DNA of 64,000 bases. It comes from Eubacteriales bacterium. GTDB taxonomy: Bacteria > Bacillota > Clostridia > Oscillospirales > CAG-272. Every line of letters begins with the position of its first letter. Within the stretch, counting starts at the first letter, position 1. Shown in pieces: positions 49,179-58,700 of this stretch. A program made the translations under genes and the position numbers. The stretch is taken from NCBI GenBank assembly GCA_045644805.1, contig JAZRHO010000079.1:19864-83863 (forward strand), in the 5' to 3' direction. The notes beneath the pieces are model-generated. The model was given only the letters and a program-made list of their open reading frames with translations. It was not told the DNA's origin and made no database searches.

Positions 49179-49839
49179 TTTTAATTCCAGCTCCTTTATT
49201 CTTGTTATGAGCAGATGCCGAAGTGCGTTTTTTCGGCTCTGCCTTTTTGTTTGTTGTTATTTTCGTTTTAGGAGCTTTTGCGCCCTTCACTGCGGAAAAT
49301 CCGAATTTTCCGAGCTTTCTTCCAAGTGAAAAATATTCACCGTGCGCATAAGCCATAAGGCCCGCTCGGTCGAGACAAATTCTTCCTTTCGAATCAAGAA
49401 TAGCTTCATCACAGCTGACATTTACTATATCTGCCATAAAAACATCGTGCGTTCCAAAGTGAAGAACATCGAAAACCTTGCACTCCAAAGCAAGCGGACT
49501 TTCTTTTATCGTAGGAGGCGCAACCGAGTCGCTTTTTATCTTCGTCAGAGAAAGCTTCTCGAATTTATTCACCTTTGCACCTGTATAAATGCCTGCATAA
49601 TCGGTAGCGAAAGCAAGCTTTTCCGTCGTAAGATTTATCACAAATTCACCGTTATTTGAAAGAAGCTTATGAGAATATCTTGACGGACGAACGGAAATAT
49701 ACGTTCTTGCAGGAGAGGAAGAAAGTATTCCGGTCCATGCCACGGTGATTATATTTGAGTTTTCCATGTCTCCGACAGTCACCATAACGGCAGGCAGCGG
49801 AGCATGAAGCGTTCCGGGGTTAAAACTGCGTCTTGACAT
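49159..49839 (-). CDS. flavin reductase-like (FMN-binding split-barrel) protein with a Lys-rich C-terminal tail
   Basis: 226 aa. PLPAVMVTVGD...NIITVAWTG matches the flavin reductase domain. The last roughly 45 aa are K/A/T-rich. Confidence 0.75.
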   Translation of the reverse strand: MSRRSFNPGTLHAPLPAVMVTVGDMENSNIITVAWTGILSSSPARTYISVRPSRYSHKLLSNNGEFVINLTTEKLAFATDYAGIYTGAKVNKFEKLSLTKIKSDSVAPPTIKESPLALECKVFDVLHFGTHDVFMADIVNVSCDEAILDSKGRICLDRAGLMAYAHGEYFSLGRKLGKFGFSAVKGAKAPKTKITTNKKAEPKKRTSASAHNKNKGAGIKNEKKRK

Positions 49840-49851
49840 ATAAAAAACCTC

Positions 49852-50625
49852 TTAATCGTTTTTTTCTAACATTCCGAGCCAAAGCCTTGTAAGGATAGGA
49901 TCGGGAAGAATCTTAAAAAGAAGATGCTGAAGCTTTGTATACCAATTGGTAACGTACATAGCTCGTCCCTTAATGCTTGCTTTTACACAGCCTCGGCATA
50001 TCTTTTTAGGGTCAAGCAAGGGCTTCATTGCTTTAGGAGAATATGAACCCTTTGCTCCTTGCGATTTAGGCAAAAACGGAGTATCCACCCAACCGGGACA
50101 AAAGCATGTAGCGCGAATGCCGTAATCACGAAGCTCGTAATTTAACGACTTTGTATAATGAAGAACAAACACCTTTGACGATGAATATACATTAAAGTTA
50201 GGCAAAGGAGTAAAGCAAGAACCGCTTCCCATTTCAATAATCCTGCCTCCCCTTTTTATAAACGGCACACTCATATGAGTAATCAGGACGGTTGCCTTTA
50301 CGTTAAGATCTATCATATCCTCTACCGTCTGCTCCGAAAGAAGATCAAATGAGCCGAAAACGCCGAAGCCCGCCGCATTGACGAGAAACGCTATTTCGGG
50401 CTTTTCTTCATCCAACGCTTTACGGTATAGGTCAATTCCTTCTTTTTTTGATAAATCCGCGCAAATTATTTTGCAAGGTGCCTGAAGCTCACTAGCGACC
50501 GCATTCAGACGCTCTTCATTCCTCGCGATAAGCCAGAATTCACTGACGTCTGTCATTTTTCTTATGTTAAGCGCAAGCTCACGCCCGATACCGCTTGACG
50601 CACCCGTTATAACCGCTATCGACAT
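49852..50625 (-). CDS. short-chain dehydrogenase/reductase (SDR)
   Basis: 257 aa. TGASSGIGRE cofactor motif and YSSSK catalytic motif. Confidence 0.9.
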   Translation of the reverse strand: MSIAVITGASSGIGRELALNIRKMTDVSEFWLIARNEERLNAVASELQAPCKIICADLSKKEGIDLYRKALDEEKPEIAFLVNAAGFGVFGSFDLLSEQTVEDMIDLNVKATVLITHMSVPFIKRGGRIIEMGSGSCFTPLPNFNVYSSSKVFVLHYTKSLNYELRDYGIRATCFCPGWVDTPFLPKSQGAKGSYSPKAMKPLLDPKKICRGCVKASIKGRAMYVTNWYTKLQHLLFKILPDPILTRLWLGMLEKND

Positions 50626-50720
50626 ATAATGTCTCCTATCTGTATTTATTTGAATATAGTTTACTACAAATTACGAAAAAAGTAAAGATATAAATTAAAC
50701 CAACAATACATTTTTAATAC

Positions 50721-50751
50721 AACAAAAGTCTGCCCCGACTTTGAGGCAGAC
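50721..50751 (-). terminator. terminator after the dus gene
   Basis: Minus strand reads GTCTGCC-tcaaagtcgg-GGCAGAC, followed by TTTTGTTGT. Confidence 0.7.
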
Positions 50752-50768
50752 CTTCACCGTATTATATT

Positions 50769-51743
50769 TTACGAAATGATCCGAAGCGCATCACTCACTT
50801 CTTCAAACGTAAGAGCTGAATTTATTTTTGCTCTGAATGCAGCAGAGCCGCGAAACGCTTTAAAATATGCAGCTATCTGCTTTCTTGCTTCGCGCACCGC
50901 AATATTTTCACCCTTATCAAGTATAGCCGCTCTTAGCTGGAAAAGAGCAATGTTTTTCTTCTCGCCAAGGCTTATAGGCGCAAATTCACGTCCTTCAAAG
51001 CGGCAAATTATTTCCTTAAAGATAAAGGGATTTCCTATCGCGCCTCTTCCAATCATAATTCCGTCCGCACCGGTTTGTTCGAGCATATCGCATGCAGAGG
51101 CAGCGTCTGTTATATCTCCGTTTGCGACAACGGGTATACTCAAGCTTTGTTTTACTTTTTTTATAATTTCTTTGTCTGCTTTTCCGCCGTAAAGCTGCAA
51201 TCTCGTTCTGCCGTGAACAGCAACCATTTTCGCTCCAGCCGATTCTGCTGCAAGCGCACATTCAACAGCATTTATATGCGAAGAATCAACTCCGGCTCGT
51301 ATTTTTACCGTGCATGGTATATCTATCTCACTTGACACAGCGCGCACTATTTTGTATATAAGCTCGGGATCCTTCATAAGCGCGCTGCCCTCTCCGTTAG
51401 AAAAGACCTTATGTACAGGGCAACCCATGTTGATATCTATGGCACAAGGCGCGCAATACCCCTCAGCGTCATATCCTTTTTGCATAGCGTATGCCGCCCG
51501 TGCCATAATCTGCGGCTCTGAGCCAAAAAGCTGAAGCGAAACCAATCCTTCATCACCGCGCACCCGTGCTAAATTAAATGTCTTTTTATCTCCGAAAGTG
51601 ACAGCCTTTGCGCTTATCATTTCTGTGACGGAAAGCTCAGCTCCCATTTCATGGCAAACCATTCTCATAGCTCTGTCAGTATATCCTGCCATAGGAGCTA
51701 AAATAAGTCCGTGCCTTAGTATTATGTTTCCTATTTTCATCAA
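50769..51743 (-). CDS. tRNA-dihydrouridine synthase (DusB-like)
   Basis: 324 aa. LAPMAGYTD, DINMGCP and NGDI motifs. Confidence 0.9.
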   Translation of the reverse strand: MMKIGNIILRHGLILAPMAGYTDRAMRMVCHEMGAELSVTEMISAKAVTFGDKKTFNLARVRGDEGLVSLQLFGSEPQIMARAAYAMQKGYDAEGYCAPCAIDINMGCPVHKVFSNGEGSALMKDPELIYKIVRAVSSEIDIPCTVKIRAGVDSSHINAVECALAAESAGAKMVAVHGRTRLQLYGGKADKEIIKKVKQSLSIPVVANGDITDAASACDMLEQTGADGIMIGRGAIGNPFIFKEIICRFEGREFAPISLGEKKNIALFQLRAAILDKGENIAVREARKQIAAYFKAFRGSAAFRAKINSALTFEEVSDALRIIS

Positions 51744-51764
51744 AGCACCAATGCTTTCTAAAAA

Positions 51765-53186
51765 TCAGTTTAATTCTTTCTTCGCAAGCTCTGCCCCGTC
51801 TCGCTTGAGTGAAAGCCTCTTTAGCTTTCTGAATGCCAAAACAAGAAGAACTGATTGCATGGCAATTGTCAGTATCCAGGATACCGGATAAACCGAGAAA
51901 AGACCGAAAAGATTATTCATAGACTCCATCGGGAATATAACGCTGATCCAGAAAATTCTGAAAACACATACTCCTCCAAGCGATATAAGCATAGGAGAAA
52001 GCGAATATCCCATTCCTCGGACAGCTCCGCTTATAACTTCCATAACTCCGCATAGGAAATAAGTTGAAAGTATTATCTTCATTATTTCGACAGCGGTATC
52101 AATTATAATCGACGCATCAGGATTTTCCTTGTCAACAAATAGCCATGCAAGCTCTTTTCCGAGTAAGAGCTCGGTTTGCGATATGATTAATCCAACCGAA
52201 ACGACTTGAATAAGCGAATAAAACACAGCTTTTTTCGCTCTTTCATATTTACCTGCACCGTAATTCTGACCGACAAATGTCATAGCTGCATGCGAGAAGC
52301 AGTTCATCACGGTGTAGGTTATACCATCAATATTGCTTGCTATCGTTTTTGCCGAAACGGTTGTTGTCGGGAAGGTGTTCGCCGCGCTCGCGAGCATAAC
52401 GTTAGATATACTAAAGAACGAGCCTTGAATACCGGTAGGAATTCCGTATCTGAAAATGCGCAGAAGTATGCTTTTATCAATAGCAAGTTTTCTCATACAA
52501 AGGCAGAAGCTTTCTCCCTTATTATTCATAAGCACGAGCACAACCGCAACAGCGGAAAGATACTGCGCGCATATTGTCGCTATCGCAACTCCGTCTACGG
52601 TCATATGGAACACAATTACAAACAAAAGATTCAAAACTACATTCACAACGCCGGTAGACGCAAGTATGTAAAGCGGTGTTTTGGAGTCACCCGTTGACCT
52701 GAGGATAGAAGCTCCAAAGTTATAAACCGAGCTTGCCGGAATACCTAAGCAGATTATCTTCAGATAAAGATCCGCTTTATCAAGGATTTCCTCGTTCGTT
52801 CCCATAAGCACGAGAGCCGGACGCGAAACCAACAGACCTATCAGCATAAAGGCAATGCCGCCGATGACCGAAAAACTCATCGCAGTATGCACAGCTCGGC
52901 TGACTCGCTCATTGTCCTTTGCGCCCCATGCTTGCGCTATAACCACACCCGTTCCCGAAGCGACACCGAAAAGCAAGTTAACGATAAGATTCGTAAGAGC
53001 TGCCGTGCATCCCACCGCAGCCAGTGCCGCGTCATCACCGGAATATTTTCCAACGACGATGTTATCCGCCATGTTATAAAGTATCTGTAAAATTCCCGTC
53101 GCCATTATAGGAAGCGAAAAAAGAGTTATTCTGAAAAACAGCGGACCTTGCGTAAAATTATGCTTAGGCTTTATTCTCTCGCTCAT
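51765..53186 (-). CDS. MATE family efflux transporter
   Basis: 473 aa with 12 predicted TM helices. Typical MATE N-terminus (GPLFFRITLFSLPIMATGILQILYNMAD). Confidence 0.88.
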   Translation of the reverse strand: MSERIKPKHNFTQGPLFFRITLFSLPIMATGILQILYNMADNIVVGKYSGDDAALAAVGCTAALTNLIVNLLFGVASGTGVVIAQAWGAKDNERVSRAVHTAMSFSVIGGIAFMLIGLLVSRPALVLMGTNEEILDKADLYLKIICLGIPASSVYNFGASILRSTGDSKTPLYILASTGVVNVVLNLLFVIVFHMTVDGVAIATICAQYLSAVAVVLVLMNNKGESFCLCMRKLAIDKSILLRIFRYGIPTGIQGSFFSISNVMLASAANTFPTTTVSAKTIASNIDGITYTVMNCFSHAAMTFVGQNYGAGKYERAKKAVFYSLIQVVSVGLIISQTELLLGKELAWLFVDKENPDASIIIDTAVEIMKIILSTYFLCGVMEVISGAVRGMGYSLSPMLISLGGVCVFRIFWISVIFPMESMNNLFGLFSVYPVSWILTIAMQSVLLVLAFRKLKRLSLKRDGAELAKKELN

Positions 53187-53228
53187 TGAAACTTCTCCTA
53201 ATCTTAACTGCGTTATTCTTACTCAGTC

Positions 53229-55685
53229 TTAGAACATCTCGGTCATCCTTATTTTTTCAAGTCTTTCAATCTCGGATATATAGACATTATTCTTAAGCGT
53301 CTCTTTGCTTGCTACGCGGGAATCAAAAATAAACTTTTCAATTTTACCTCGTACCTCATGAGGCTGCTGCGTGCGCTGAAGCATGGTATGCGCAGCTCTC
53401 TTTGCCTCGGATATTTCATCAATAGGAGTGCAAATTACCTGTATCTCATACTCCGAGGAATAATCAATATTGCAAAGAGTAACGCTGACTTCCGCATACT
53501 TAGATGCCTTATAAGCAGTAGGCTTTCCGTCCTTAAGAACGGTTATGCTAACCTTACGGGCTACCCCAATGTGAGGATCTGCAACGTGATTTACAACAAT
53601 ATTTCTGAAGTTAAACGTAACGTTTCGGCTCGCCGGGAGAGGTGAAAAATCACCGTACGACGAAAGCTTGACCGACACGGTATTTCCGTTTTCATTAACG
53701 CCAACCCTGGTAAAGGCTTCTCTTTGGCACTTTCCGTCATCCTCGTAAAGAGTATAGCTACCATTACCGTTAAATATCTGAAGCTCAAGATTTTCGGGAT
53801 TTGCCGAGCTGTTACCCTTATCAGATGACAGAGGCAGTACCGCGCCTTCCCTTGCAAGCACGGGGATATAATCAAGCGGACGCACCATAGTTACCCATTT
53901 TCCGCCTTTGCCAGAAGTGTAAAGAACTCCTGTGAAGATATCAGTCCATCTTCCTTCGGGAAGCCATACGTCAATTGAGGAAAGATTCTTTTCCTCACTC
54001 TTTTTTACAATAGGCGCAACTATGAAGTCAGAACCAAATAGATACTGTCCCTTCGCTTTATAGCTTTCTGGACATTCCGAATATGCATAATACATAGGCT
54101 CGACAAGTCCGAGACCATCCTTATGCGTGCGATAATTGCAGGTGTAAAGGAAGGGTATCATACGGTGGCGGAATATAAGCATCTCTCTTGCAAGCTCTCC
54201 GATACCGTTTTCGTAAGTCCAAGGCTCTTTTGTAAGATACGGAGAATCGGTACAGTGCATGCGGTTCATCGGGTTGAATACGCCGAACTGAAGGAATCTT
54301 ATGTAAAGCTCGTCATCCTTTGTACCCTTATGATGACCGCCTATATCATGCCCCCACCAGGTGTAGCCGCTATTAGTCGCTGTCGCGGTGAAATACGGCA
54401 TATAAGAAAGTGTTGCCCAAGAGATAGACGTATCTCCGGAAAATCCGATGGGATAACGATGAGAGCCTATACCGGCATAGCGAGACATAATAAGCGGATG
54501 ATCACCGTCTCTCGCTATATCGAGAGAGTGATAATGGTTGAGAGCCCAAAGAGGATCAAGACCTTCCATCGCAGAATTTGTTCCCTGCTGCCAATCTATC
54601 CACCAGAAGTCCACTCCGTCTTTTTCGTAGGGGTTGTGCAGAATTTTAAAATAATTATTTACAAAATCGTCGTTGGCGATGTCGAACTTGATCTGTTTTT
54701 CACTTTTAGGATCAACACCCATAGCAACAGCCATTTCTTCATACATATCCTCGAAATATCGAACACCATCAGCCGGATGCAGGTTAAGAGTTATTTTAAG
54801 ATCTCTTTTCTTTATCTCACGAAGAAACGCGCGGTAATCGGGGAAAAGCTCTGTATTCCATGAATATCCCGTCCAGCCAAGCTTGAATGCCCGATCTGCC
54901 ACGGTTCCGTGATGCTCGCTGATCTTACCGCTCTCGGTAATCTTTTTCTGCTTATCAAGGTCATTGGAATAATGCCAATCCATATCAATGGTAGCAACAG
55001 TCAAGGGAATGTTCTTTTTCTCAAACTCGTCAAGCAGATACAAATACTCCTCGTCTGTATAAGAATGATAACGGCTCCACCAGTTACCGAAGGAATAACG
55101 CGGAAGCATCGGAGTATAACCTGTTATAGAGTAAAGCGCGCGCACCGCTTCTCTGTATTCATGTCCGAAAGCAAACACGTATATATCAAATTCCATATCT
55201 GCGCATTTCGTAAGCTTTCCGTCATCAAGGAGACGAAGCGAATTAGTATCATCAATAACGGCAACTCCGCTCTCCGAGCAAACGCCAACATCAAGCTTTA
55301 ATGTCGATTTGTCCCTTATGCATACCTCTCCGTCATAGCAGTCAAGCGTTCTTGTTGTTCCGAGAAGATTTCCGTCATTGCTAAGCGGAACGTTCTTTCC
55401 GTTTATAATCGCGTAACTTTCATCGAAGCTATCACTCACGAAAAGAGTAACACGGTCTGTGGTTATTTCCACATTATCATAGTGTTTCTTAACCGTGAAT
55501 TTCTGCTTTGGCATATTCCTATACCAAATGCTCTGTGTGGCATCATCATTAAAATTTCTCTTTTCGTCCTTTTCAATTCTGAAAAGGCAGCTTCCAAGCA
55601 CAGTTATACGGTAAGGACCGAATGGAACAATGTTCTCCTCATGCGCTTTTGGATAAGTTTTAACAATTAAATGTTTGTTAAGCAT
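53229..55685 (-). CDS. glycoside hydrolase family 31 protein
   Basis: 818 aa. GH31-type catalytic segments DFWWIDWQQG and WGHDIGGH, with N- and C-terminal beta-sandwich regions. Specificity is not inferable here. Confidence 0.8.
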   Translation of the reverse strand: MLNKHLIVKTYPKAHEENIVPFGPYRITVLGSCLFRIEKDEKRNFNDDATQSIWYRNMPKQKFTVKKHYDNVEITTDRVTLFVSDSFDESYAIINGKNVPLSNDGNLLGTTRTLDCYDGEVCIRDKSTLKLDVGVCSESGVAVIDDTNSLRLLDDGKLTKCADMEFDIYVFAFGHEYREAVRALYSITGYTPMLPRYSFGNWWSRYHSYTDEEYLYLLDEFEKKNIPLTVATIDMDWHYSNDLDKQKKITESGKISEHHGTVADRAFKLGWTGYSWNTELFPDYRAFLREIKKRDLKITLNLHPADGVRYFEDMYEEMAVAMGVDPKSEKQIKFDIANDDFVNNYFKILHNPYEKDGVDFWWIDWQQGTNSAMEGLDPLWALNHYHSLDIARDGDHPLIMSRYAGIGSHRYPIGFSGDTSISWATLSYMPYFTATATNSGYTWWGHDIGGHHKGTKDDELYIRFLQFGVFNPMNRMHCTDSPYLTKEPWTYENGIGELAREMLIFRHRMIPFLYTCNYRTHKDGLGLVEPMYYAYSECPESYKAKGQYLFGSDFIVAPIVKKSEEKNLSSIDVWLPEGRWTDIFTGVLYTSGKGGKWVTMVRPLDYIPVLAREGAVLPLSSDKGNSSANPENLELQIFNGNGSYTLYEDDGKCQREAFTRVGVNENGNTVSVKLSSYGDFSPLPASRNVTFNFRNIVVNHVADPHIGVARKVSITVLKDGKPTAYKASKYAEVSVTLCNIDYSSEYEIQVICTPIDEISEAKRAAHTMLQRTQQPHEVRGKIEKFIFDSRVASKETLKNNVYISEIERLEKIRMTEMF

Positions 55686-55716
55686 GATGTCTCCTAACCA
55701 AGATTCATTTTAAAAT

Positions 55717-55745
55717 ATTTTATCACACATTTCAATGCGTGTCAA
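55717..55745 (-). promoter_or_regulatory. promoter of the GH31 gene
   Basis: Minus strand reads TTGACA (55745-55740), a 17-nt spacer, then TAAAAT (55722-55717). Confidence 0.55.
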
Positions 55746-55757
55746 TGAAATAACAAA

Positions 55758-58700
55758 TTAAATATCGTATTTCGCAAGAATCTCGCTCGGACTCTTAAGG
55801 AGCAGAATCGAAATCGGCAGGATACCGAAGACAAGTGTAACGGCATAAAGGAACACAAGAAGCAAAGCAGCCATCCACAATGGATAGAAGAATATTGCTT
55901 CAACAAGCGGTGATATACTAAGACAAGCAGCTATAAAAGCGCCCGAGATTATGTACCCGACAAGCACGGTAAGCGTCGCCAGCACCAATGCCTCTGCTAA
56001 GAACTTGAATATCAAATTCTTTTTTGACACGCCTATGGCCCTGTATATTCCAACCTCTTTGATTCTGCTCATAAGAGATGAGCGCATGATAAAGTACATG
56101 CACAAGCACATCAAAGCAAATACTGCAACAATTGAGATTACACCGCCAAGAATTTCTTCTTTATAGGAATCTATCAGTTGCTCATAAACTCCATCGGGAG
56201 TCAAGATCGCGGGAAGTATCTCATGCGGAGTTTCTATATCAGAAAAATTATCATAAATCCAAGCTTCAGTTGCCTTAGTATCATAAGAATGAATAACAGT
56301 ATAATATACACTGTCTGCCGGTATAGCCTCATTATCCGTGTATATATAGTGCGTCGAACTCACTTCTATAAAGTCATCGCTGTCGCCTAACGTTTTTGAA
56401 AGCTTTATATAATCAGCATCGCTGATAAGATAAGTTGCGGAATTATAGGCAAGTGCGTTGTGAGAATTATGATAATACTCCTCCATATATTTTTCACTGC
56501 ATTCCATTAGCAAGTCGTTAAGCGCAAAAGACTCCAATCCGTAATCAAAGCTTGAAGGAGGATAAGATCCGTTCTTTTCTTTGTAAAGAGTTGCTTGATA
56601 ATACATTGCACCGTCGTGCTCGGTCACGAAACAATATTTCATCGCGTCTATTCCCTTTGACATATAAAGCCAATATTCAAAGCCCTCGGAGGATACAATG
56701 TAATTATTCTTTATATAATTCTCAAGCTCCGAGTAATAAACGTCGAGATAATCGTAATACTTGGAATCCGCAAACTCATAATACTCAGGCGTATCGGTCT
56801 CTATAGCAAGATTTTCCTTGGATATAATAGAGGAAACGTATTCCTCATACGAAGGCTTTTCTATACCTAAATGTGAAATGTACTCGATATATGAACTGTA
56901 TTTTTTGTACACGTCGGATATTTTCAAAGACATACCGCTTAGCTTTGCCGTATCACCTACCACTTTGCCGGGATCTACATTGCCCACAATTAAAGCAGCT
57001 TCGCCTTCCTTTATCGAAAGACCGTAATCACTGGCAGGATAAGCATATAAAAATGAAGATCTGTTTACGTATCTTGCATATGCCATAGGTGTGAAATATA
57101 CAGCCGATTCATTCGATTCAACCACACCGACAACCCTTGGCTTTGTACCGTTAATACTCTGGTTAAGAATAAAACCTATCGTATCTCTGTATTCGGAAAT
57201 ATAACCTAAGGACGAATTTTCAATAAGCTTATCAGCAAGTGCGGTTGTTATAAGAATTTCATTATCCTTCATGCCGTCGCACTTTCCTTCAACAAGCACA
57301 AGTCCGTAGAGAAGCGAAGTATCCATAACGACAGCATTAGCCTTGAAAGCGCCCGTATAAGCATCAACCACAAACGTTTCAAAGGATCCGACGCTGAATG
57401 AAAGCTCAACGTCGCCTTTTGGATAATCGTAATACAAGCTGATAAAATCAATTCCCGTGCCCTCGTCATTTACCCCCATTGTCAGCTTTTGTGATACGTT
57501 TTTATCAGCCGAATAAACGTAAAAGATGTTTTTGTTGTAATTTCCGTTTGCTTCGATAGCCTTTGAGAAAGACGTGCCAAGCACAGCACTCATAAACACT
57601 ATAACCGCGGCGAAGAGCGCAAGGCAGGTGCGCATAAAATTCTTGCTTTTCTTCGCACGCTTAAAATTCTCTCTGTAACCGCTTTTCAAGGAAGATGCAA
57701 AGGTAAACAAACGGCCGAAGCGCTCGCCCTTAATCGGAGGCAGACTTGACATATCAACGCTTTTTGTGTCTTGTTTTTTATCTTCGCTCTCTGTTTTTTC
57801 GAAACTGCCTTCAAGGAGCCTCAGCTCACTCGATCTGTCGATCACCTGAACTCCCGCAGAATCGATTTGAATATAGAATTTCCCCTCGTTATTTACAATT
57901 TTAAGCTTAATCGGCTCATTGGGAAGCTCACCGTAATATTCTATATTGGCTTCCTTAGAACTTATTTCCTTCTTCTCATATTCGCCAAGATAGATATGGT
58001 TTTTATCTCTGACAGTAACGGATGATGCGGAAAGATTATCCTTAATATCAACTACCTTTCCGTCAGACAGCTCTATCACCTTATCGCAATATAAATCAAC
58101 AAGATTTGCCTCGTGGGTAACAAGCAGAACGAGATGATCCTTGGATATAGCCTTTATAAGGTCCATTATCATCAAGGTGTTTGCTTCATCAAGATTTCCC
58201 GTAGGCTCATCTGCAAGAATTATTGCGGGATTTTTGACTATTGCACGAGCAATAGCTATTCTCTGCTGCTGACCGCCGGAAAGAGTATCGGGAAACCGTT
58301 TGGCATACTTCTCCATGCCCACGTTGGCAAGAGCCGCCATAACTCTTTTCTCTATCTCTTCGGTATCCGTCATTCCGCAAATTCTGAGAGCATCGGCAAC
58401 ATTTTCAAAGCAATTTTCGTTTTGGCACAAGTTGTAATTCTGGAATATATAGCCTATGTATTTGTTGCGTACTTCATCGGTATTTTTGCGTATATCGTAC
58501 CCGTCGATACCAACGGAGCCTCCATCATATGAAGCAAGTCCGCCAATAACGTTCAGAAGCGTCGTTTTTCCGCATCCGCTTCTGCCGAATATAGCAACCA
58601 TACCGCTATTTGGCAGCGTGAGTGTGACGTTATCTATAACGTGTATTTCATTGTTTTTGCCTTTATTAAAGAACTTATCAAGAGAGTTTATTTTGATCAT
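55758..58700 (-). CDS. MacB-type ABC transporter, fused ATPase and FtsX-like permease, with a roughly 465-aa extracytoplasmic domain
   Basis: 980 aa. Walker A GRSGCGKTT, signature LSGGQQQR and Walker B ILADEPTGNLD. One TM helix near aa 355, a large Tyr-rich domain, then a C-terminal FtsX-type three-TM bundle (IYRAIGVSKKNL). Confidence 0.88.
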   Translation of the reverse strand: MIKINSLDKFFNKGKNNEIHVIDNVTLTLPNSGMVAIFGRSGCGKTTLLNVIGGLASYDGGSVGIDGYDIRKNTDEVRNKYIGYIFQNYNLCQNENCFENVADALRICGMTDTEEIEKRVMAALANVGMEKYAKRFPDTLSGGQQQRIAIARAIVKNPAIILADEPTGNLDEANTLMIMDLIKAISKDHLVLLVTHEANLVDLYCDKVIELSDGKVVDIKDNLSASSVTVRDKNHIYLGEYEKKEISSKEANIEYYGELPNEPIKLKIVNNEGKFYIQIDSAGVQVIDRSSELRLLEGSFEKTESEDKKQDTKSVDMSSLPPIKGERFGRLFTFASSLKSGYRENFKRAKKSKNFMRTCLALFAAVIVFMSAVLGTSFSKAIEANGNYNKNIFYVYSADKNVSQKLTMGVNDEGTGIDFISLYYDYPKGDVELSFSVGSFETFVVDAYTGAFKANAVVMDTSLLYGLVLVEGKCDGMKDNEILITTALADKLIENSSLGYISEYRDTIGFILNQSINGTKPRVVGVVESNESAVYFTPMAYARYVNRSSFLYAYPASDYGLSIKEGEAALIVGNVDPGKVVGDTAKLSGMSLKISDVYKKYSSYIEYISHLGIEKPSYEEYVSSIISKENLAIETDTPEYYEFADSKYYDYLDVYYSELENYIKNNYIVSSEGFEYWLYMSKGIDAMKYCFVTEHDGAMYYQATLYKEKNGSYPPSSFDYGLESFALNDLLMECSEKYMEEYYHNSHNALAYNSATYLISDADYIKLSKTLGDSDDFIEVSSTHYIYTDNEAIPADSVYYTVIHSYDTKATEAWIYDNFSDIETPHEILPAILTPDGVYEQLIDSYKEEILGGVISIVAVFALMCLCMYFIMRSSLMSRIKEVGIYRAIGVSKKNLIFKFLAEALVLATLTVLVGYIISGAFIAACLSISPLVEAIFFYPLWMAALLLVFLYAVTLVFGILPISILLLKSPSEILAKYDI